A stretch of DNA of 64,000 nucleotides from an uncultured Bacteroidales bacterium. GTDB lineage: Bacteria > Bacteroidota > Bacteroidia > Bacteroidales > Paludibacteraceae. A program made the translations under genes and the position numbers. Location of the stretch: contig CAMKDV010000008.1 in the NCBI GenBank assembly GCA_946411385.1, forward strand, positions 31,492-95,491, written 5' to 3'. The notes under the pieces were generated by a model that was not told where the DNA came from, ran no database searches, and saw nothing but the letters and a program-made list of their open reading frames with translations. Of the stretch, positions 19,422 through 27,200 are shown piece after piece (the first letter of the stretch is position 1; each line of letters opens with the position of its first letter).

Positions 19422-20624
19422 CAAAAAAAAGTGCCAACCGATTGGTATACATATTGGAAAGAACGCGGAGGCCTATTGAGTAACGCTCATCGTCCATGCA
19501 ACACCTGGAAGGATTACAAATCCCCCGGGGTATACCTTATTACAATTGTCACGCACGCCCGCAAGCGCGCGTTCGGCGAACTGAACAATAGTCTCTCCGC
19601 ACCCGCTGTTGTATTGACCAATCTTGGTCAATATATTGAGAAAGCCTGGCTACAGACCTTTGAGAAACAATCCGCCCGTGGGCGTCATATCCACTCGCTT
19701 GGCTATCAAGTCATGCCGGACCATTTCCATGGTATCCTACAAGTAGAGCGCCCTATGGATGTACTCATCGGCACTATCATTCGCGATTTCAAAGCCGTTT
19801 GCACGAAAGAGTACCGCATCCTGTATCCGCCAATTTTGGCGGATGATATCGATAGAGCGTATCTCGCCCGCTCTTCCCGCAAGCAGCGCGAGGATTATTA
19901 CGCCGCTCATGGTATAGAACCGCTCTTTGATGACAACTACGATGATTCCATCTGTTACCGCAAAGGGCAGTTAGAAAATATCATCAACTACGTACAGGAC
20001 AATCCGCGTCGTGCCATTATGCGTGCGCTCTATCCGGATCTCTTCCAACGCCGCCAACATATCACCATCGACGGACAGGATTTTGCCGCTTACGGAAATC
20101 TCTTCTTGTTAAAGCGCCCGTGGAAAGAACAAGTCTTCTGTCACCGATGGCTAATGCGAGATGGTCAGCGCGACTACAACACTCGCTATGAAACCACCGA
20201 CGCTTTTCATCAAGAACGCGCTACATGGATCCAAGCCGCTAAAGATGGCGCTGTTCTGGTCACGCCGGGCATCTCTAAAGGCGAGCAACAACTGGTCAAG
20301 GATTGTATCGAACAAGCCCTCCCGCTTATCCATCTGCAGAAAGAGCCCATCCGCGAGGGCTGGAATCCGGAAAAGCGGCGTCATCAACTCTGCGAGATGG
20401 GACAGCTTCTCATCCTGTCGCCGTGGCAACTGACCGAAATGGACAACGTCAACGGCATTCCCGCAGATACCGACTACAGCCAATTCCATAACATGAACAC
20501 CCTTGCCGCCCAAATATGCAAGAACAGTCTCTGCCCTACAATTAGTAGTATCCGCCATGCAATTAGTAATATCCGCCATGCAATGCATGAGTATCCGCCA
20601 ATCTTGGCGGATCAAAAGGAATAA
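19398..20624 (+). CDS. REP-associated tyrosine (HUH/Y1) transposase-like protein with a roughly 190-aa C-terminal extension
   Basis: 408 aa. YKSPGVYLITIVTHARKRAF, HUH motif MPDHFHGIL, catalytic-Tyr helix ENIINYVQDNPRRA. The annotated ATG (19398) and the last 10 codons lie inside REP copies. An in-frame GTG at 19431 is an alternative start. Confidence 0.75.
   Translation: MHPPILADQKKVPTDWYTYWKERGGLLSNAHRPCNTWKDYKSPGVYLITIVTHARKRAFGELNNSLSAPAVVLTNLGQYIEKAWLQTFEKQSARGRHIHSLGYQVMPDHFHGILQVERPMDVLIGTIIRDFKAVCTKEYRILYPPILADDIDRAYLARSSRKQREDYYAAHGIEPLFDDNYDDSICYRKGQLENIINYVQDNPRRAIMRALYPDLFQRRQHITIDGQDFAAYGNLFLLKRPWKEQVFCHRWLMRDGQRDYNTRYETTDAFHQERATWIQAAKDGAVLVTPGISKGEQQLVKDCIEQALPLIHLQKEPIREGWNPEKRRHQLCEMGQLLILSPWQLTEMDNVNGIPADTDYSQFHNMNTLAAQICKNSLCPTISSIRHAISNIRHAMHEYPPILADQKE
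19613..19632 (+). repeat. REP-like perfect hairpin inside the RAYT CDS (ATTGACCAATCTTGGTCAAT)
   Basis: Shares the invariant core CCAATCTTGG and the GT 5' flank with the flanking REPs. Three substitutions per arm are all mutually complementary. Confidence 0.7.
19825..19844 (+). repeat. REP copy inside the RAYT CDS (ATCCGCCAATTTTGGCGGAT), in frame as YPPILAD
   Basis: 9-bp perfect stem with arms identical to the flanking REPs. Lies between the HUH motif and the catalytic Tyr. Confidence 0.85.
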
Positions 20625-20647
20625 TGCATCCACCATGCATGGTGGAT
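20550..20647 (+). repeat. REP cluster 3' of or overlapping the RAYT stop: two half-sites plus two full hairpins
   Basis: ATCCGCCATGCA at 20550-20561 and 20571-20582. ATCCGCCAATCTTGGCGGAT at 20593-20612. ATCCACCATGCATGGTGGAT at 20628-20647 (compensated G>A / C>T). Confidence 0.85.
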
Positions 20648-20762
20648 CAAAACAACACCCTGCTTGAGGGTGAAAACAAATAGCAAACAATTAAATTATA
20701 CAATAATGAAACAAAGCATATTTACAGCAATAAGCATTTGCATAATAAAACTACAAAATAAT

Positions 20763-21176
20763 ATGAAAAAATTAACATTATTAATCTGCTTGTTTAGCGC
20801 GCTCGCGTTTACAGGCTGCAAAAACGACAAAGTAGGTGACGAGGCGTTGATTATTGGCAAATGGCAGGTGATGAAATCCGATGTCTACTCCAAAGACAAG
20901 GATGGGAAAGAAACCAAAGATACGCCACTCTGCTTTTGGGAATTTACAGAAACGAAGGCCATATTCCGCTCATCGTCAACCGGAAACTTGGATACACCTT
21001 ACGAGTTAGAACTCGAATACAAGTTAACTCGCAATGAGAACAACACACTCTTTTTCCTTTTCAACGGCCAGGTTTATACCATCCACAAGCTCAACCAAAA
21101 TGAGATGGAATGGGAACATCTGGATTTCTGGGGTAGCGGAAGCTCTTATTACGACTACTTGAAAAAGGTAAAATAA
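20763..21176 (+). CDS. Small lipoprotein, lipocalin-like
   Basis: Track ORF trimmed to ATG 20763: MKKLTLLICLFSALAFTGC lipobox, IGKWQV motif, 137 aa. Ends 7 nt before the next gene. Confidence 0.6.
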   Translation: MKKLTLLICLFSALAFTGCKNDKVGDEALIIGKWQVMKSDVYSKDKDGKETKDTPLCFWEFTETKAIFRSSSTGNLDTPYELELEYKLTRNENNTLFFLFNGQVYTIHKLNQNEMEWEHLDFWGSGSSYYDYLKKVK

Positions 21177-21183
21177 CCCAACA

Positions 21184-24123
21184 ATGGAGAACAGCAACTA
21201 CACATCCCTCATGGCGAAGCGCGTTCGCCGTATTCTGCTCGTGTGCAACAACTACGACAGCTTTGCTCTGGAGGAAGACGGACGCATCGACGTGCAGATA
21301 GCACAGGAGTACGCCGAACTCAACCTGAGCAACCCGCCGGCTATCGTACGGGCTGAAACCACGCACGAAGCGCTCATGAAAGTGCATCTCGGCGAACGCT
21401 TCGACCTCATAGCCATCGTCTACAGCGCCGGCGGCAACGAGGTCTGGGAGTTTGCCGAGGAGGCCAAACGCCTGCAATCCAACTGCCCTATCGTACTCCT
21501 CTCTGCTTTCAGCAAGGAGATGCACAACCGCATCGAGCAGCACAACAGCAGCGCCATCGACCTCTATTTCAACTGGAACAACTCCACCGACCTCATCATC
21601 GCCATCATCAAGCTCATCGAGGACAAGATGAACGCCCCGCACGACATCCTCGAGGAAGGTGTACGCGTCATCCTCCTCGTCGAGGACAGCGTCCGGTACT
21701 ACTCCACCTACCTGCCCCTGCTCTACAAACTCGTACTCCAGCAGAACAGTATAGCCATCCGCGACGCGCTCAACGAGAAGCAGCAGCTCCTCCGCAAACG
21801 CTCCCGCCCAAAACTGCTTATGGCTACCTGCTACGACGAGGCGGTCGAGCTCTACGAGCGCTACAAGAACAATATCATCGGCGTCATCTCCGACATCGGT
21901 TTTGTCATTCACAAGGGCGATCCCTCATCCTCAGAGAAACTTGATGCCGGCATCGACCTATGCAAGCTTATCCGCAAGGATAACCCCACGATGCCTTTCC
22001 TCATGCAATCGTCGCAAGAGTCGATGCGCCAGACGGCTAACAAACTCAAAGCAGGTTTCATCCTCAAGCAGTCGAAAGCACTCAATCAGGAGGTAAGCGA
22101 TTATATCGAGCGCGAGTTCGGCTTCGGCGATTTCATTGCCCGTGACCCGCGTACCGGCAGGGAGATTGACCGCGCCAGCGATCTGGAAGGCTTCGAACGC
22201 ATCATCTCCACTATCTCACCCGCTGCTTTCCGCCGCCTCAGCGACAACAATTACCTCAGCAAATGGCTCTTTGCACGCGGTCTGTTCGCCATCGGACGAC
22301 CCGTCAGCGCCCTGAAGATCCAGGACGAAGCCGACATCGAGAATGTCCGCCAGATGAACATCCGCCTCATCCACGACTACCGCATCAACCAGGCGCTCGG
22401 CGTCGTAGCCAAATATGCCAACGACACCTACAACGATACCATCTGGTTCGCCCGATGCGGCGACGGACAGATGGGCGGCAAAGGACGAGGACTGGCATTT
22501 CTCAACCATGTTTTGCAGAAATATGACCTCTACGACCACTGGTCCGATATACGCGTCCTCGTGCCGCGAACGATGATTATTACCACCGAGTATTTCGACC
22601 GCTTCATCCACGACAACGGTCTGCAATATGTCATCAACGCCGAACTGACTGACGAGGAGATCCTCTCCGAGTTCGTTGCTGCCATGCTCCCGCTCGAACT
22701 GCGTGACGCCCTGCGCCATTTCATCCGCGTCACCCACCGGCCCTTGGCGGTACGCTCGTCCAGCAAACTGGAGGACTCCTACTACCAGCCTTTTGCCGGA
22801 GTCTACAGCACCTACATGATTCCCAACACCGAGAACGAAGACCAGCAGCTCCGAATGCTCAGCAAAGCCGTCAAATCCGTCTATGCCAGCGTTTATTTTG
22901 CTGCTTCGCGCGGATACATCGTCAGCACGGGTAATGTGCCCAGCGAGGAGAAGATGGCCATCGTGCTCCAGGAGGTCTGCGGCGAACCGGAAGGCAACTA
23001 CTATTTCCCCGTCATCTCAGGCGTTGCCCGAAGCATCAATTTCTACCCCGTCGGCAAGGAGAAACCCGAAGACGGCATCGTCAAGATCGCCTATGGCTTG
23101 GGCAAAGCCGTTGTAGATGGCGAACAAGTGCTGCGCTTTTCGCCCAAGTACCCAAAGAACGTCATGCAGACCTCCACTGTCGACCTCGCTACGCGCGAGA
23201 CGCAGCAGTCGATGTTGGCGCTCTCGCTCAGTCCCGAGAAGTTCAAAACCTCCGTCGACGAGGCCGTCAATCTGGAGCGTATCCCTATTCACGACTGCGG
23301 ACAGTTTGAGTCGCTCAAGCTCATCGCCTCCACCTACGACATGGAGAATATGCGCATCGTCGACTCGTGCTATCCCGACGGCCCGCGTATCATTACCTTC
23401 GCGCCACAGCTCAAGTTCAACACTTTCCCGCTTTCTGCCATCATCAAGGAGCTGCTCGATATCGCCCAACGCGAGATAAAAACGCCCGTCGAGATTGAGT
23501 TTGCTGTCAATCTGGAGCACGCTCCGCAGATCTTCAATGTGCTGCAGATCCGTCCTATCTCCGCTGACTCCCTTACCGCCAAAGTCGACTGGGTGAACAT
23601 CGACGAGACAGGCGCTCTGCTGCGTTCAAGCAGTGCGCTGGGCGTTGGCAAAATTGAAGATATCTCCGATATCATCTACCTCCGCCGTGACGCTTTCGAC
23701 AAACTGCGCACACGCGAGATGGCAGACACTATCCGCCAATGGAACACCCAAATGCGCGAACAGGGACGCCAGTATCTGCTCATCGGCTACGGACGATGGG
23801 GCTCGCAGATTCCTACCCTCGGCGTACCCGTGCAATGGGGCGACATCAGCGAAGCAAAAGCCATCGCCGAATGTTGCCTGGAGGACTTCCGCGTCGAGCC
23901 TTCGCAAGGAAGCCACTTCTTCCAGAACATGACCTCGTTCAACGTAGGCTACATGAACATCGATCCTTGGGCAAGACCCGACGACTGCTACGACAGCGAC
24001 TCACTCAACGCCATGCCCGCCATCGAAGAGACCGACCTCGTTCGCCACCTTCGCCTCAATCAGCCTCTGTCCATCTACATCGATGGCTTCGGCAACAAAG
24101 CCTGCATCAAACTGCCTGAATAA
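21184..24123 (+). CDS. Two receiver-like domains fused to a PEP/pyruvate-binding (PPDK/PpsA N-terminal-type) domain protein
   Basis: 979 aa. CheY-like blocks RILLVCNNYDSF... and RVILLVEDSVRYYS...VISDIGF. Then GDGQMGGKGRGLAFLN and RPLAVRSSSKLEDS, typical of the ATP-grasp PEP-utilising N-domain. No obvious phosphohistidine swivel or PEP C-terminal domain. Confidence 0.6.
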   Translation: MENSNYTSLMAKRVRRILLVCNNYDSFALEEDGRIDVQIAQEYAELNLSNPPAIVRAETTHEALMKVHLGERFDLIAIVYSAGGNEVWEFAEEAKRLQSNCPIVLLSAFSKEMHNRIEQHNSSAIDLYFNWNNSTDLIIAIIKLIEDKMNAPHDILEEGVRVILLVEDSVRYYSTYLPLLYKLVLQQNSIAIRDALNEKQQLLRKRSRPKLLMATCYDEAVELYERYKNNIIGVISDIGFVIHKGDPSSSEKLDAGIDLCKLIRKDNPTMPFLMQSSQESMRQTANKLKAGFILKQSKALNQEVSDYIEREFGFGDFIARDPRTGREIDRASDLEGFERIISTISPAAFRRLSDNNYLSKWLFARGLFAIGRPVSALKIQDEADIENVRQMNIRLIHDYRINQALGVVAKYANDTYNDTIWFARCGDGQMGGKGRGLAFLNHVLQKYDLYDHWSDIRVLVPRTMIITTEYFDRFIHDNGLQYVINAELTDEEILSEFVAAMLPLELRDALRHFIRVTHRPLAVRSSSKLEDSYYQPFAGVYSTYMIPNTENEDQQLRMLSKAVKSVYASVYFAASRGYIVSTGNVPSEEKMAIVLQEVCGEPEGNYYFPVISGVARSINFYPVGKEKPEDGIVKIAYGLGKAVVDGEQVLRFSPKYPKNVMQTSTVDLATRETQQSMLALSLSPEKFKTSVDEAVNLERIPIHDCGQFESLKLIASTYDMENMRIVDSCYPDGPRIITFAPQLKFNTFPLSAIIKELLDIAQREIKTPVEIEFAVNLEHAPQIFNVLQIRPISADSLTAKVDWVNIDETGALLRSSSALGVGKIEDISDIIYLRRDAFDKLRTREMADTIRQWNTQMREQGRQYLLIGYGRWGSQIPTLGVPVQWGDISEAKAIAECCLEDFRVEPSQGSHFFQNMTSFNVGYMNIDPWARPDDCYDSDSLNAMPAIEETDLVRHLRLNQPLSIYIDGFGNKACIKLPE

Positions 24124-24204
24124 CTCCAAAGCACTCATTCCCACAAGAGGATGTGAAAAGACCCATTCAAAGATTTTTTAGATAATTTTGGGTAATTTTT
24201 GACT

Positions 24205-24243
24205 AAAAAAAAGCGGTGCGTCTATTTGACACACCGCCTTTTT
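24205..24243. terminator. Bidirectional terminator between convergent genes
   Basis: A8-GCGGTGCGTC-tattt-GACACACCGC-CTTTTT. 10-bp stem with one C.A mismatch (G.U on the minus-strand RNA). Lies between stops at 24123 (+) and 24293 (-). Confidence 0.7.
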
Positions 24244-24292
24244 GTCAGCTCAGCTGCCCGATGAAGCGCGAACGCTTCACCGGGAGCATGTA

Positions 24293-27200
24293 TTAGCGTA
24301 CCGTAGTACCGATGATCGAGTAGATCTTGCCGTCACGAACGATATAAACCTGTCCGTCGCGGATGAACTTCTCAACCTGGATTGCATCGTTGTCGGTATT
24401 GATCAGATTAGACGGAATGATGCTTGCGCCCAAGTTCTCAATCGATACGTTCTTGACGCCTAACGGATGCTGAGTACCGGAGCTGGTATCATTTCTCCAT
24501 GTGAAGAGCAGACGATACGTACCGGCATTGCCAAGTTTGATTGTCTTATCCAGCGGAGTCCAAACACTTACGTTAGCAAGCGCGTACTCATCATCGTCAA
24601 GACAGTAAACACCATTGATCTGAGGATCGGAAGTACCAATCGTTCTTTCGCCGATCTTCAATGTGCTACCGCTTACAGAGAGTGCTGCACTTTCCGCTAC
24701 AATCAGCGCACGACCGTAGTCGTAGTAGTACGATGTATACTCACCGTAAGCTTGCCAATCGAACTGAACGCGAACCTCCGTGCTATCGTCAGCTACGCTG
24801 AACTGGCGGTAAATCATCGAACCGGAAGCAGCATTGAGCGTATACTCCCAAGCACTGTTGTTGTTCGAGATATACATTGCAGGCGTCTCTTCCAACGCAC
24901 CGAAGATGAAGTGGTTCGTCTCCGATTCGCCAAGGATAATCCACTTAGCTTGCTCGGAAGCATCGCCCAAGTTCGGGGTGAATGTATTCTCCGGAGCAAT
25001 AGCCTCGGTCATATCCGGCGAGAGAGCTGTACGGAACGAGAAATCTTTGCTTACAGCTTCGGAAACCTCGTTCTCACCGCAGTTAGCAGCAACGCTTACA
25101 CGGAAGTTGTATGCCGTGTTAGCCGTCAGGTTGTTAACACTGACTGTGCGGCTGTTAACCGTAGCGTTGACAAGCTCGGCGTTCTCGTTAGCCAGATCGG
25201 TTACGATTACGTTCCAAGCCTCCTCATCACCATTGCTCTCCCATGTGAAGACAGCCTCGTAAGCCGTTACACTGGCTTTCTCGATGTTCTTAACCTTCTT
25301 GCAGTTAGGAGCAAGCGAAACGTTGATGTCGTCCACATACATCGATGTGCTATAATTACCACCTTCGATGCAGAATGCAATATAGTGGTAGTTAGCCGGA
25401 GCAGAAAGAACAATCTCAGCTTGTGTATACGTGTTGACCTTTTCCAGACTCTGGATAGCTACGAACGTCGACGTATCCGACGGATCAGACATCACACCTA
25501 CCGTGAGGTATCCATAATCGTCTGTTATGGAGCCTTGCTTGTACCAGAATGCAAGTTGCAGGCTGGACAACGGAGCTTCCATACCCGGCAGAACAGCGAA
25601 GCGGCGAGTAGTTGATGAACCACCATACAAGTACAGGCACTTGCTGCCGGCATGTGAACTCGACGAGCTGTTGTATACATACGGATAATCACCACCCAGC
25701 GGGTTAGTCCAGCAATCAGGCAGGTTGCCCGAACCGGCTACCGCACTCTCGAAGTTCTCTGCATAAGGCAGTTCGCTTGCAGGCAACAAGTTGCACGGAG
25801 TCTTAACCGACAGGATTGTGCTTCGCACCTCCGAGTTGCCGTCTTCTGCACCGCACATACCCATCACTTCGAAGCGGAACGCATAAGAGGTGTTCGGGCT
25901 CAGCGTGTCGATTACGAACGGCAGGGCATCAGCTGCTACTACTACCGAGTCAAGCTTGGTCAGACCATTGTAAACCACTACGGAGTAGTTGTCTGCATTG
26001 CCCGTCCAGCTGAACGCAGCGGATGTGGAAGTTACCTCACCTACAGTCACGTCTGAAGGCTTCCGGCAAGAGGGCTGAGCCTTCACAACGATGTCGTCTA
26101 TACCGAGGTAGTAGAACGAACTGCTGGCAGGAGAAGCGCCATAGCGGAATGCTACGCGTGCGCCGGCTGGCACGGTGTTCAGATAAGCTGTAGCCTCATC
26201 AACCCATGTCGTCGAACGCTCGAACGATGCCAGTGAAACGAAGGTCGTCTCATCGGTAATGTCGGTCAGATAACCTACCTCCAGCGGACCGCTATAGTTG
26301 ACGTTTTCATCCTTGTAAGAGAAGGTAATCATTGCATTCGACAGATCCTCAAACTCGGGCAGAATAGCATAACCTGCTTGCTCGTAGTTGTTGCTGAAGA
26401 ACAAGCATTTGCTACCTGTGCGCACATAAGTACTATTGGTACTTACGTAAATGTACGGATATGTGCCGTTGTTGGCATTCAGCAGGTTCCAGCAAAGCGG
26501 AGCTTCAGACGAACTCGAACCGGCAGGCATTCCCTCGAAACTCTCGCTCCACGGCAATGTGCTGATTGCCTCACAGAGCGTCATCAACGACAGATTGCCT
26601 TCCAGAGCTTCAGCCTCGATGTCACCGCACTCAACATAAACCTCTACGTGTAATGTATATGCCGTCGAAGATGTTAGACCGGTAACGGTGTAAACGGTAT
26701 CGCTTACAACCTCATTTTTCAGTTCGGTCTCACCGTTCTTTACTACAACACGCCAGCTGGTTTCGTCGCTGTTAGGCGACCAACCGAAGCTTACGCTTGA
26801 AGTAGTAGACAGGCTGTCAATAGCGTGGAGATTCTTTGCAGGGAAACAGGTCGGAATCTCGCGAACTTTGACATCGTCAATGTACATATATGCATCTCCA
26901 TCACCATAGTTGCTGGTCGCATTGAAGAAGAATTGTACACTCTGTCCGGCATAAGACGTAAGATCAACTATCTCCTCTGTCCAATCACTAATGCTGGTCA
27001 GAGTCGGGATAATTACTTCGCGCTCAGCACCGTTAGCAGAAATTGATACCGAGAAGGCTCCGCCTGTAGCGTTCTTGCACCAGAATACGAATTCAGCAGG
27101 TTCTTGGGGAAGGCTTATGATAGGCGTACTAAGCACATTGGTATTACCACTTGAGTTAGTATATGAGTTGAAGCGCAAGCACTTGCCGGTACGGCCGGTT

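Noticed and set aside
21091-21912. Long antisense or overlapping ORFs inside well-supported genes. Examples: 10635-11468, 14215-15441, 17921-18667, 21091-21912, 24467-25615, 32203-33138, 34949-35824, 36113-37339, 42578-43198, 43687-44775, 47010-47813, 56246-57043, 57611-58297.
   Set aside because: Each lies opposite or out of frame to a gene with strong family motifs. Their products are Arg/His/Val-rich or low-complexity, as expected for shadow ORFs in roughly 50% GC DNA.
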